DNA from: Minisyncoccota bacterium
GTDB taxonomy: Bacteria > Patescibacteriota > Minisyncoccia > Moranbacterales > UBA1568
Reading direction: 5' to 3'
NCBI GenBank assembly: GCA_051306005.1
Contig: JBPPMJ010000001.1
Coordinates: 3,610-67,609 of the forward strand
DNA length: 64,000 nucleotides
Positions 28,379 to 38,068 of the stretch are shown one piece after another (the stretch's first letter is position 1; every line of letters begins with the position of its first letter). Position numbers and translations under genes: made by a program. Below the pieces are notes generated by a model. That model searched no databases. It saw only the letters and a list, made by a program, of their open reading frames with translations, and was not told where the DNA came from.

Positions 28379-29242
28379 TTAGAGTACCTTTTGATTGTAC
28401 GTCAGTTTGATAAATTCGCACGGCACAATGGTGCCTGCGTTTCCGTTAATCTGGACAGAAGGGAAGATGTAGGCGGGCAAATCGAGAGTTTTATCCCGTG
28501 CCGTACGCATGGCGACAAATTCTGAGAGCGTGATGCCATCACGGACGTGGATATTCCTCTTGCGTTCCTCGCCGATTGTCGTCGTATAGGCAAGCTCTCG
28601 CCCTTTACCCTCCGGATAATCATGGCAGAGGTAGACTGGTGTTTCGTTAGGATAGGTTTCAAGCAAGCGTCGTACCGAATGATACATAGTCTCTGCCGAT
28701 CCTCCTGGGAAGTCACACCGCGCGGTTCCCAAATCTGGCGCAAAGAGGGTGTCGCCTGTAAAAAGCACCCCTCCTATCTCATACACCATGTCGGTGGGCG
28801 TATGTCCCGGAGTATGTACCGCTTTCGCTTGAATGGATCCAATTATAAACGGCTCACCATCCCCAAAAAGAACATCAAATTGTGAGCCGTCGGTTTTGAA
28901 GTTGTCGTTTAAATCAAAAGCTTTTTTTAGGTAAGTTTGTACGGCCATGATGTTGTTGCCAATTGCTTTTTTGCCCCCGATCTTTTCCTTGAGATAGCTT
29001 GAAGCGGAAATGTGGTCTGCATGCATGTGCGTCTCCAAAAGCCACGCGTTGTTAAGTTGGTTCTCCCGAATATACGCGACCACCTGATCAGCAAGATCGG
29101 TCTTGGTTGAAACACTCTTATGATTGTAGTCAAGTACGGAATCTATGACGGCCGATGCACGCGTTGTCCTGTCCCATACGACATAAGTGATGGTGTGTGA
29201 ATCAGTATCAAAGATCGGATGTATGATGAGATTGGGAACCAT
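28379..29242 (-). CDS. MBL-fold persulfide dioxygenase (ETHE1/Blh-like)
   Basis: IDSVLDY, ETHMHADH, TPGHTP, GDTLF..GTARCDFPGG, LCHDY. Start placed at MVPNL. Confidence 0.9.
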   Translation of the reverse strand: MVPNLIIHPIFDTDSHTITYVVWDRTTRASAVIDSVLDYNHKSVSTKTDLADQVVAYIRENQLNNAWLLETHMHADHISASSYLKEKIGGKKAIGNNIMAVQTYLKKAFDLNDNFKTDGSQFDVLFGDGEPFIIGSIQAKAVHTPGHTPTDMVYEIGGVLFTGDTLFAPDLGTARCDFPGGSAETMYHSVRRLLETYPNETPVYLCHDYPEGKGRELAYTTTIGEERKRNIHVRDGITLSEFVAMRTARDKTLDLPAYIFPSVQINGNAGTIVPCEFIKLTYNQKVL

Positions 29243-29255
29243 ATTATTTACAAGG

Positions 29256-29777
29256 CTATTTATTCCAGGGCATTTTAGCGAGTAAAAGTGCCAAGCCACA
29301 CCAACCGGTAAGCCCTGAGACACTAAGACCAATGCCGACCACAAGTGCCACATACGCGAAGTGTGGGTTAATCGCAAGCGTGGCGACCGAAGCAAAGAAG
29401 ACTATAAGTCCCGCAGTGAGAAATACCTGTCGCATGAGTGGCAAACGAGTTGTAAGAGAAATGGTATCGTAGCCAGCCTGCTCCCATGCAAGAAGTCCGC
29501 CTTCAACGTTTACAAGCTCAGCAGTAACGCCAAGCGCACGGAGCTTCTCGATAGCAACCACGCCTCGTCGGCCAGATCGGCAATGGACGTAAATCGTCTT
29601 CTTGTCTTTGAATTCATTAGATCGAGCTTCGATTTCATCAAGTGGAACCGATCGTACACCCTTGATGTGCTTCTCTTTGTATTCTGCAGGGGTACAGACG
29701 TTTATAAAATCGATCGATGAATTCTCTTTTTCCGCGTTGAGGACTTCTTTGAACGTGTCGGTTGAAATATGTTTCAT
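29256..29777 (-). CDS. Rhodanese domain plus DUF2892 (YgaP-like) membrane sulfurtransferase
   Basis: HCRSGRR active loop, EGGLLAW, RQV..AG...SGLTGWCGLA..LAKMPWN. Confidence 0.9.
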   Translation of the reverse strand: MKHISTDTFKEVLNAEKENSSIDFINVCTPAEYKEKHIKGVRSVPLDEIEARSNEFKDKKTIYVHCRSGRRGVVAIEKLRALGVTAELVNVEGGLLAWEQAGYDTISLTTRLPLMRQVFLTAGLIVFFASVATLAINPHFAYVALVVGIGLSVSGLTGWCGLALLLAKMPWNK

Positions 29778-29788
29778 ACTTTTGGATA

Positions 29789-30058
29789 CTAGGTGACATT
29801 TGTAAGATTAATAATCAGCTTGGCAAGCCGAAGATATTCCGGAGACGCAGTCTGGTAATATATGTGTCTGCCGTCACGACGAGTCTTAAGCACGTTTGCG
29901 GATCGTAAAAGCGCAAGATGTTGTGAGAGCGCACTCTGGCTTAAATCACATTTCTCCAGAAGCTCGCTCACAGACATTTCTCGTGCGAGACACTTCACGA
30001 GACGCACACGCTCGGGATTTCCCAAAACCTTACACAAAACCGTCAGTTTCTTTGACAT
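29789..30058 (-). CDS. ArsR/SmtB-family (BigR-like) regulator
   Basis: LGNPERVRL, SQSALSQHLALLR, RRDGRHIYY. Confidence 0.9.
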   Translation of the reverse strand: MSKKLTVLCKVLGNPERVRLVKCLAREMSVSELLEKCDLSQSALSQHLALLRSANVLKTRRDGRHIYYQTASPEYLRLAKLIINLTNVT

Positions 30059-30062
30059 GATT

Positions 30063-30093
30063 ATATATTAGTATAGTCTAATGTATTTTGCAA
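30063..30093 (-). promoter_or_regulatory. Promoter with overlapping ArsR-type operator; probably a leaderless transcript
   Basis: Minus strand TTGCAA-N17-TAATAT with the -10 ending 7 nt before the ATG; inverted repeat ATATATTAG-N6-CTAATGTAT at 30063-30086. Confidence 0.6.
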
Positions 30094-30160
30094 GACGGAT
30101 ATTATATAGCAACGTTGTGTGTCACTGATCGCGTTATAGAGAACAGCGCGATCATATATT

Positions 30161-30961
30161 TTATTGCCATAAAAAAGCGACACTGCGTTTGCTGAGTATG
30201 CGGTCGTTGAAAACGAGCTTGGCGGGATGCTCTGTTATGCCAACACAGACGTGCAGTGGAAGGAGATGCTCTTCGCGCGGGTGACAATACCGAGCAGAGG
30301 GAGCCTGTTCCCAATCAATCAAAAGTTGTTCGCGTTCGGATTGCGTGTGGGCGTCCGTACAAGTATCGATGAGCCAATTCTGAAATGCTTCATTGTCTGG
30401 ATCAGGCGCGTCGATTACCTGTTTGAAAAATGCCCGCTGATTGTGGAAAGAAAATCCGGATCCAATAATGAGGATATTGTCCTCAAGTAGTCCGCGCAAA
30501 GCATTACCGAGAACGATATGTTCGACAGGATCGAGGTTATGCAAGAGAGAGAGTTGGAGCGTGGGGATATCCGCGTTTGGATACATTAATTTGAGGGGAA
30601 TAAATGTTCCGTGATCGAATCCGCGCTTCATATCAATGTCTGATGGTATATTGTTATTTGCGAGAAGTGTGGTGATTTTTTTGACGAGCGTGGTATCGTT
30701 GGGCGCGGGATAGGTGAGAGTATAGGTTTCTGGCGGGAAGCCGTAATAGTCAAAGAGAAGTGTGGGGTGTTCCGCACCTAGTAGTGTTACTTTTCTTTCT
30801 TCCCAATGCGCGCTGATAACAAGGATAGCATCTGGTTTGCGAATTTTCGATGGCAGAGATTTCATAAATTCGACCATCGCATGGTGTCCGGGATCACCGA
30901 GAAGCGGGAGCGGTCCGCCTCCGTGTGAGAGATAGATTATTTGTGCGTGTTGTTGTGACAT
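30161..30961 (-). CDS. LigB/DODA-type extradiol dioxygenase
   Basis: YLSHGGGP, ISAHW, FDYYGFP, RGFDHG, GSGFSFHN, HPREEHLLPL. Confidence 0.92.
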   Translation of the reverse strand: MSQQHAQIIYLSHGGGPLPLLGDPGHHAMVEFMKSLPSKIRKPDAILVISAHWEERKVTLLGAEHPTLLFDYYGFPPETYTLTYPAPNDTTLVKKITTLLANNNIPSDIDMKRGFDHGTFIPLKLMYPNADIPTLQLSLLHNLDPVEHIVLGNALRGLLEDNILIIGSGFSFHNQRAFFKQVIDAPDPDNEAFQNWLIDTCTDAHTQSEREQLLIDWEQAPSARYCHPREEHLLPLHVCVGITEHPAKLVFNDRILSKRSVAFLWQ

Positions 30962-30984
30962 GATAATAAGTTGAGGCAAATGAA

Positions 30985-31497
30985 TTATTTTTTCATGTCT
31001 TTGACTTCTTGTAAAAGTTGTTTGAGAACGAGTTCGAGATGTTCAAGACGACGGATATCCTGTTTGCGTTCTTCACTATCCTCTTTGTCATCTTGTTCAA
31101 TTTCTTCACCCAAATCTTCCACATCATCACTGATCTCTTTGACCTCTTCTTGAATGGTATCAATATCTTTGGAAATTTCATCTACATCCTCGGAAATATC
31201 CTCAATATTTTCGGAGAGTTCTTCCACATCATCACTTACTTCCTCAATCTGTTTTGCCTGATGATTGACTGTCATTTGAATAAAAACGGAAAGATAGATG
31301 GCCTCCAACGAGACAATAGTGGTTAGAATAAGAAGGATCTGATTAAAATCAAAGTGGAACCAACGTAAGGAAAAAATCCCAACGAAAAGAAGTGTGTGGA
31401 CACAAAGCGATGAAACAGAACCAATAGAGCGAGGGATTTTGAGTACGAGTTGCTCTAGGGTGGGAGTTGGGGGTGTTTTGGAATGTGATTGAGACAT
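30985..31497 (-). CDS. DUF1003-like membrane protein with acidic coiled-coil tail
   Basis: LTTIVSLEAIYLSVFIQM followed by heptad repeats EEVSDDVEELSENIEDISED. Confidence 0.75.
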   Translation of the reverse strand: MSQSHSKTPPTPTLEQLVLKIPRSIGSVSSLCVHTLLFVGIFSLRWFHFDFNQILLILTTIVSLEAIYLSVFIQMTVNHQAKQIEEVSDDVEELSENIEDISEDVDEISKDIDTIQEEVKEISDDVEDLGEEIEQDDKEDSEERKQDIRRLEHLELVLKQLLQEVKDMKK

Positions 31498-31514
31498 AAG
31501 GAAGCAAGAATGGA

Positions 31515-31856
31515 TTAGAAATTTTTTCTGGATGCTTTGGTAAGGAGGTGTTGTTCGCCCCAGGTGTTGAGGGCGCAAATGAGCGGAGCAAGTGTCGCGC
31601 CTTTTTTACTGAGTGAATATTCAACGCGCGGTGGAATAGTGAGATAGGCACGTCGAATAACAAGTCCATCCGCTTCTAATTCACGCAGTGACTGGATAAG
31701 CATCTTTTCGCTCACTTCAGGAATGAGTTTTTTGAGTTTTCCATAACGTTTTTTTCCGTCAGAGAGGTGCCAAATCAGAAGAGTTTTCCATTTCCCCACG
31801 ATCATACGTAGTGTCTGTTCGATAGGACAGAGCACCTTGCTTATTTCTTTTGTCAT
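31515..31856 (-). CDS. HxlR/YodB-family redox-sensing regulator
   Basis: N-terminal CP, GKWK, SEKML..LRELEADG, PPRVEYSLS. Confidence 0.92.
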   Translation of the reverse strand: MTKEISKVLCPIEQTLRMIVGKWKTLLIWHLSDGKKRYGKLKKLIPEVSEKMLIQSLRELEADGLVIRRAYLTIPPRVEYSLSKKGATLAPLICALNTWGEQHLLTKASRKNF

Positions 31857-31864
31857 TGTATTTT

Positions 31865-31882
31865 ATACTTACTGATAAGTAT
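31865..31882. promoter_or_regulatory. Palindromic operator between the divergent regulator and nitroreductase genes
   Basis: ATACTTA-CTGA-TAAGTAT. Confidence 0.6.
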
Positions 31883-31944
31883 GTACTTGTATATTAGTAT
31901 GTATTCATATATTATACAAGTATAATTCATTGAAGCAAAAAGCT

Positions 31945-32577
31945 ATGTCTAATATAGTTGAGGCCATGCAGTGGCGTTATGCCACCAAACAGTTTGATCC
32001 GGAGAAGAAACTCTCAGAGGAACAGCTACGTATTTTGAAAGAGGCTTTACGTCTAGCGCCATCATCGTTTGGGCTCCAGCCGTGGCACTTTGTTGTTGTG
32101 GAGGATGAAAGTGTTCGTCAACAATTATTGACAGCCGGATATGGGCAGGCTCAAATAGTTGACGCTTCGCATTTTTTTGTTTTGGCGACAGAAATAAATG
32201 TGGATGAGAAGTTGGTTGATAGATATATGCGGAGTATTGCTGTCACCAGAAACATGCCTCTTGAAATGTTGGAGGAATTTCGCGGTATGTTGAATGGCAG
32301 TATCCAAATGAAGGGTGAAGTAGGTGCGCGTGAATGGGCAGCTCGTCAAGTCTATATCGCTTTGGGGACCATGATTGCCGTCGCCGCATCGGCAGGTATC
32401 GATACGGCGCCGATGGAAGGATTTGATCCAGCACAATTTGATGCTATTTTGGGACTAGATAAGCGTGGTTTAACAGCACGTGTGATGGTCGCAGTCGGAT
32501 TTCGTAAATCAGATGATCCTGCATCACAGATGGTTAAAGTACGTTACGATGAAACAGAAGTCTTTACCACTATATAA
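31945..32577 (+). CDS. NAD(P)H nitroreductase (NfsB-like)
   Basis: WRYATKQFD, APSSFGLQPW, PMEGFD. Confidence 0.93.
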   Translation: MSNIVEAMQWRYATKQFDPEKKLSEEQLRILKEALRLAPSSFGLQPWHFVVVEDESVRQQLLTAGYGQAQIVDASHFFVLATEINVDEKLVDRYMRSIAVTRNMPLEMLEEFRGMLNGSIQMKGEVGAREWAARQVYIALGTMIAVAASAGIDTAPMEGFDPAQFDAILGLDKRGLTARVMVAVGFRKSDDPASQMVKVRYDETEVFTTI

Positions 32578-32755
32578 AGCGTGAAACGGACTCGGAAATA
32601 TGACAGCGTCCCGTTTCTTTTGTGACGGGGCGCTCATTATTTTTTATAAATGAATACTCATGGTATTCCATAGTATTTTTTTGTAAAAAAAGATATACTT
32701 GACAGTATCAGGAGGGAATAAAAATGACTCATTACTTATTTTTTATGTAAAAGGT

Positions 32756-33067
32756 ATGCGAGAACACATTGCTGATTTTATGGAGTTTATTCGCAAGCAA
32801 GGCGTCGTTGGTCTTGCGGTCGGTTTTATATTGGGTGGCGCGGTGGCCAAGGTTGTGACAGCATTGGTAACTGATATTATTAACCCGATATTGAGTATTT
32901 TATTGGGTGCAACTGACACTATCAAAGCGCTCAAAGTAACGGTTGGCAGTGTAGAAATTCTTTGGGGAGATTTTGTCAGTACTACGATTGATTTTCTGAT
33001 TGTAGCTTTTGTCGTGTATTATGGTGTGAAACTTCTGAAAATAGATACTTTGGAGAAAAAGAAGTGA
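32756..33067 (+). CDS. mscL: Large-conductance mechanosensitive channel family protein
   Basis: FMEFIRKQGVVGLAVGFILGGA, LVTDIINP, IDFLIVA. Confidence 0.88.
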   Translation: MREHIADFMEFIRKQGVVGLAVGFILGGAVAKVVTALVTDIINPILSILLGATDTIKALKVTVGSVEILWGDFVSTTIDFLIVAFVVYYGVKLLKIDTLEKKK

Positions 33068-33097
33068 TGATATTGTTCTGATATAAAACGGAAACAT

Positions 33098-34255
33098 ATG
33101 GCACAAAAAAACAATATATTTGCTAAAAGATCTCTTGCGATGCATAAAAGGCTGCGAGGAAAAATCGCGGTACAATGCAAGGCGCCTCTCAAAAATAAAG
33201 ATGATCTATCGCTTTATTATACGCCAGGCGTGGGAGCAGTCTCTTCATATGTGGCAGAACACAAGCAGTCCATCCGGGACTATACTATGAAGGGGAACAC
33301 GGTGGCAGTTATCTCTGATGGATCAGCTGTTCTTGGTTTGGGTAATATTGGTCCAGAAGGCGCTTTACCAGTCATGGAGGGTAAGGCGATGATTTTTAAG
33401 ACATTTGCTGACATTGACGCAATTCCTCTCGTACTGGCAACGCAGAATACTGAGGAGATCATCCAAACCATCAAGAATATCGCGCCTGGATTTGGTGGGA
33501 TTAATTTGGAAGATATTTCCGCTCCGCGGTGTTTTGAAATTGAACGGCGCTTGATACAGGAACTGGACATCCCCGTGTTTCATGATGACCAACGTGGCAC
33601 CGCCATGGTGGTGTTGGCTGGCCTTATCAATGCAATGAAGGTAACACAGAAAAAAATGGATGAATGTCGGATCGTTATTAGTGGTGCTGGTGCCGCCGGG
33701 ACGGCTATCACCCGTTTGCTTCATTTATACGCACCACAGGCGATGATTGTGTTGGTAGATAGTGAAGGTATTATTGGAAATCATAGGGTAGAAATGAATA
33801 GCGAGAAGCGTCTTTTGTTGGACCAAGGAATAATCGTTTCGACAGAAAACGGAAATGTGCAAGTGGCCCTCTCTAGAGCAGACGTGTTTATTGGCGTCAG
33901 TAAACCCAATCTTCTGAAAGCACGAGATATTCGCCAGATGAATGATAAGGCGGTGGTCTTTGCGCTTGCCAATCCAATTCCAGAAATCATGCCAGATGAA
34001 GCCATAGCTGGAGGGGCAATGGTTGTGGCGACAGGGCGATCAGATTTTGCTAATCAGATCAATAATTCCTTGGGATTCCCCGGTATCTTTCGTGGCGCAC
34101 TCGATAACCGTGTACGAGAAATTACTGATAAGATGTTGCTTTTGGCGGCACGGCGCCTGGCTGATTTGACCAAAAAACCAACCGTCAAACAAATTATTCC
34201 ACAGCCATTTACCAAGGGAGTGGTTGAAGCTGTCGCCAGTGCCATCAAAGAATAG
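33098..34255 (+). CDS. NAD(P)-dependent malic enzyme
   Basis: YTPGVG, VISDGSAVLGLG, VMEGK, INLEDI, FHDDQ, GAGAAG, LANPIPE, ATGRSD. Confidence 0.95.
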   Translation: MAQKNNIFAKRSLAMHKRLRGKIAVQCKAPLKNKDDLSLYYTPGVGAVSSYVAEHKQSIRDYTMKGNTVAVISDGSAVLGLGNIGPEGALPVMEGKAMIFKTFADIDAIPLVLATQNTEEIIQTIKNIAPGFGGINLEDISAPRCFEIERRLIQELDIPVFHDDQRGTAMVVLAGLINAMKVTQKKMDECRIVISGAGAAGTAITRLLHLYAPQAMIVLVDSEGIIGNHRVEMNSEKRLLLDQGIIVSTENGNVQVALSRADVFIGVSKPNLLKARDIRQMNDKAVVFALANPIPEIMPDEAIAGGAMVVATGRSDFANQINNSLGFPGIFRGALDNRVREITDKMLLLAARRLADLTKKPTVKQIIPQPFTKGVVEAVASAIKE

Positions 34256-34300
34256 CTTGTTTATGATATAATAAGTATTGAAAAATACATATTAAATACT

Positions 34301-34906
34301 ATGGATAATCATGTGTCAGAAATCGATGCGGAGTTGCCAAACAAAGTAACGAATGTGTTGAAAAAAAAATCACACGAATCTCTTTGGGGGGCATTATTAT
34401 TTGCGATAATGATTGTTTTTGTCTTGATAAGTATTGGCGGTATCGGATGGGTTACCTACGAGCAGTGGCAAGGGACAAAACGAGCAGAAGAACAGCCTTC
34501 TATCTCCGAACTTTCACAGCAGGTTGTACCAAAAGAAACGCCTTCGACAGAAGAGGTGCCAAAGGAAGAGGTGAACGGAATAGAATCCAGCATGAGTGAT
34601 CCATCGGCCATCGAAGCGACAAAAAAAATAATTACGAGCGTTTTGAATGGTGGTGGTGCCAAAGGAAGTGCTGGCGTTTTGGCGGATACTCTGAAAAAAG
34701 ATGGCTATCTCCATGTGACTACCGGTAACACAGTCCAAAATTATACGGGTGTCACCATTTATTATGCTTCTGGTCAGGATAAAGAAGCCGAGATACTCAA
34801 GAAGAGTGTCGCTACCAAATATCCGCAAGTGACTCTATCAACCGCTGATCCAAAAAATCAAGAAACATCTTTGGCGTCCCTGACGGTGATTATTGGAAAG
34901 GAATAA
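34301..34906 (+). CDS. Membrane protein with LytR C-terminal domain
   Basis: TM segment, VLNGGGAKGSAG, TIYY, VIIGK. Confidence 0.8.
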   Translation: MDNHVSEIDAELPNKVTNVLKKKSHESLWGALLFAIMIVFVLISIGGIGWVTYEQWQGTKRAEEQPSISELSQQVVPKETPSTEEVPKEEVNGIESSMSDPSAIEATKKIITSVLNGGGAKGSAGVLADTLKKDGYLHVTTGNTVQNYTGVTIYYASGQDKEAEILKKSVATKYPQVTLSTADPKNQETSLASLTVIIGKE

Positions 34907-34924
34907 TCCCGCACACATATTGCT

Positions 34925-35317
34925 ATGGGAACGTTTGCTCTTCATTCTCAAACAGGGGCTCTAGGAGAGGAGATTGGCTGTCGCTACTTGCGTCGAAAGG
35001 GCTATGTTATACTGGCACAAAATTACTGCAATACTTCTGGACGTCGTTTGGGAGAAATCGATATCGTGGCACAAAATGGCAAAACGATTGTTTTTGTGGA
35101 AGTCAAGACGCGTCTTGGACGAGCGGATGATACTGCTGTGCCGATACCCGAAGAAAATGTTACACGTGATAAGTTACGTAAATTGGAACGTGTCGCAGTA
35201 CATTATCTCCACACACAACATAAGCAGTCATCACCCTATCATTTTGATGTTTTGGCTGTTCTCTATGACTCACAGACAAAAAAAGCTTGGGTTCGCCATT
35301 TAGAACATGTTTTTTAG
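34925..35317 (+). CDS. yraN: YraN-family nuclease
   Basis: GALGE, YL..KGY, GEIDIV, FVEVKTR, FDV. Confidence 0.92.
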   Translation: MGTFALHSQTGALGEEIGCRYLRRKGYVILAQNYCNTSGRRLGEIDIVAQNGKTIVFVEVKTRLGRADDTAVPIPEENVTRDKLRKLERVAVHYLHTQHKQSSPYHFDVLAVLYDSQTKKAWVRHLEHVF

Positions 35318-35394
35318 AACGAGTGCTTTACAGAGAAAAATATTCTTGCTATATTAACAGAAAAGAAAGATCATTGTTTAATTAATTTGTTCCT

Positions 35395-35739
35395 ATGGCA
35401 CTGGATGTATCATTGTTGGCAGAATTGAAAGAAAAGTTATTGAACGAAAAAACTCATCTTGAAGCGGAATTGGGTCGTTTTGCCAAGCCAACAGGGGCAC
35501 GAGGAGACTATGAAACGCAGATGGAAGATATCGGTAGAGATTCCGATGATCAGGCCACCGAAGTGGAAGGATATGTTGACAATTTGGGGCTGGAGTCCAA
35601 CCTGGAAGGACAATTGCGCGATGTCAATGATGCTTTGGATAAAATGGAGCAAGGCGTATATGGTCTTTGTGAAACGAGTGGTCAAGAAATTAGTGCAGAA
35701 CGTCTTCGGGCCTATCCTGCTGCCAGAACGGCACTCTAA
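35395..35739 (+). CDS. TraR/DksA-family protein
   Basis: DSDDQA tip, ALDKMEQGVYGLCE, ERLRAYP. Confidence 0.85.
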   Translation: MALDVSLLAELKEKLLNEKTHLEAELGRFAKPTGARGDYETQMEDIGRDSDDQATEVEGYVDNLGLESNLEGQLRDVNDALDKMEQGVYGLCETSGQEISAERLRAYPAARTAL

Positions 35740-35744
35740 ATTTT

Positions 35745-36212
35745 TTGCACAGGAGAGATATGGGGAAGTCGCATAAGGTATTACTTGTAATGCTTTCTGT
35801 AGTCTTTTTTTTGTGTTTGCATTTTGTGGTGAGTGCTGGTTTACGTGTATCATCTCTGGAGAGTCTGTGTAACATTGATGGACCATTGGGAATGATAATT
35901 TCAAATCAATGGTTTTTTTTATTGAATGTTATAATCCTGGGTGGTGTCGTGTGGCAAATGCAACAATCCCGTGATATTACCTTGCTTTTATTAGCGTGGA
36001 CGTTGATTTTGATTGGCGGACTCAGTAATGTCTTGGAACGTTGGTTGTTCGGTTGTATTATGGACTATAGGGTGTTTCCATCGTTACCACTTTTCTTTAA
36101 TCTTGCTGATGTATGGCTGACCTTAGGTGCTTTGTTGTTAATATTTTGCTCTTATTATGAGAAAGGTAACTCAATAAAGACGATGAATAAAAAATTCACT
36201 GACACGCATTAG
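35745..36212 (+). CDS. lspA: Signal peptidase II
   Basis: GGLSNVLER, IMDY, FNLAD. Confidence 0.8.
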   Translation: MHRRDMGKSHKVLLVMLSVVFFLCLHFVVSAGLRVSSLESLCNIDGPLGMIISNQWFFLLNVIILGGVVWQMQQSRDITLLLLAWTLILIGGLSNVLERWLFGCIMDYRVFPSLPLFFNLADVWLTLGALLLIFCSYYEKGNSIKTMNKKFTDTH

Positions 36213-36242
36213 GTGAAATAATTTGTGCATTTTTTACAACGT

Positions 36243-37766
36243 ATGTCCGCAATGGTTTATTCTTCCGCAACAATCGGTTTAGAAAGCGTATTGGTAGAAG
36301 TAGAAGTCGATGTTTTGCCAGCCGGATTACATCATTTTACGTTGGTTGGTTTGCCAGATACGGCTATCAAGGAATCCCGTGATCGAGTGAGTTCCGCACT
36401 TAAAAATAGTGGTTTTCGTCCACCGCATCAGTGTGGTCGCGTGACGGTCAATTTAGCACCAGCCGATTTACCAAAAAACACACCGATTTATGATTTGCCT
36501 ATGGCACTTGGTTTTCTTCTTGCGACGGACCAGCTGACTTTTGATCATCGCAAGCGATTGTTTGTTGGTGAGTTGGCGTTGGATGGTAGTGTACGTCGCG
36601 TTCAAGGTATCTTGCCGATTAGCCTGTTTGCCCAGGCGCAGGGTTTTCAGGAAATATATGTGCCGAATGATAATGCATCAGAAGCAGGATTAGTCGAAGG
36701 CATTGATATTATTCCTGTCAAAAATCTTTTTGATATTGCCAAACATTTGCAGGGAGAAAAAATCATACCGTGTTTTGAACGCACAGCAATTACTTTTGTC
36801 ACTGAAGAGAGTGATGAATCGGACATGATGCATGTGTTGGGACAAGAACATGCCAAGAGAGCTTTGGAAGTCGCAGCTGCCGGTGGGCACAATACGCTCT
36901 TTATTGGACCACCCGGTTCCGGTAAGACGCTTTTGGCCAAGGCGCTTCCTACTATTTTACCCCGTCTTGATTTTGAAGAAAGCCTGGAAATTACCAAGAT
37001 TTTTTCGATTGCTGGTCGTCTGCCCAAGACTCAATCCTTGATCATGGTGCGACCCTTTCGTGCTCCACATCATACAGCGAGCGCAGTTTCATTGGTGGGT
37101 GGAGGATCATTACCGAAGCCCGGTGAAATCAGCCTGGCGCACCGCGGAGTTTTATTTTTGGATGAATTTGCAGAATTTTCCCGTAGCGTGTTGGAAAACT
37201 TGCGTCAACCATTGGAAGATGGAGAGATCACTGTATCCCGTGCCAAGGGATCACTGCATTTCCCGGCACGTTTTATGTTGGTGGCAGCGATGAATCCGTG
37301 CCCTTGTGGCCATGCCGGCGATCCGGATCGAGTTTGTTCTTGTTCGCCCTTTCAGGTGGCGCGTTATCGGCAGAAAATCTCTGGACCGATCTTGGATCGT
37401 ATTGATTTGCATATTGATGTACCACGTGTGAAGTTTGAAAAACTAGAAAGCAAGAATAGCGGTACCGAAAAAAGCAGTGCTATTAGAAAACGGGTAGAAA
37501 GCGCGCGCGCCATTCAAAAACAACGTTTTGTGGATAAAAAGTGCCGTACCAATGCGGAAATGACCAGCCAGATGGTTAAAGAGTTCTGCGTATTGAATGA
37601 CGAAACACGAGACATACTTCGTGGTGCTGTTACACAAATGAAGCTTTCCGCCCGAGCCTATATGAGGATTTTGAAAGTGGCGCGAACGATTGCCGATCTC
37701 GCGCAATCTTCCACTGTCGAAGTACCACACTTAGCCGAAGCCCTCCAGTATCGATTTAAGGAGTGA
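36243..37766 (+). CDS. comM: ComM/YifB Mg-chelatase-like AAA+ ATPase
   Basis: VGLPDTAIKESRDRV, NLAPADLPK, GPPGSGKT, APHH, SLAHRGVLFLDE, NPCPCG, LSAR. Confidence 0.93.
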   Translation: MSAMVYSSATIGLESVLVEVEVDVLPAGLHHFTLVGLPDTAIKESRDRVSSALKNSGFRPPHQCGRVTVNLAPADLPKNTPIYDLPMALGFLLATDQLTFDHRKRLFVGELALDGSVRRVQGILPISLFAQAQGFQEIYVPNDNASEAGLVEGIDIIPVKNLFDIAKHLQGEKIIPCFERTAITFVTEESDESDMMHVLGQEHAKRALEVAAAGGHNTLFIGPPGSGKTLLAKALPTILPRLDFEESLEITKIFSIAGRLPKTQSLIMVRPFRAPHHTASAVSLVGGGSLPKPGEISLAHRGVLFLDEFAEFSRSVLENLRQPLEDGEITVSRAKGSLHFPARFMLVAAMNPCPCGHAGDPDRVCSCSPFQVARYRQKISGPILDRIDLHIDVPRVKFEKLESKNSGTEKSSAIRKRVESARAIQKQRFVDKKCRTNAEMTSQMVKEFCVLNDETRDILRGAVTQMKLSARAYMRILKVARTIADLAQSSTVEVPHLAEALQYRFKE

Positions 37767-38068
37767 ATGCAAAAAGAGGGTTATGAATAATCATCAGTGA
37801 AAGAAAAATGGGATACTTGGAATATATTTTTTTGAGGCACAATCATCGACTGAGTAAAAAATAAGTATATTTGAAAAATCGGAAATTGGAATGGGCCGAT
37901 CATTACAGAATAAACGATTGTAAGGTTTGTAAAGACAAGAGAAACTATTAGAGTGTTTCATGCCGAACCTAAGGAACTTCCCCTGTCAAAGAAAAATATT
38001 GCATTATAGGAAAAAGTACAGTCGTTGTTAAGCACGTTATTTTACCCTGAACGAATAGAGGGAAGAAT

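Noticed and set aside
37767-38068. AT-rich gap with a fragment (VRFVKTRETIRVFHA) faintly like a BrnT-type toxin
   Set aside because: Multiple stops and too little similarity to support a call.
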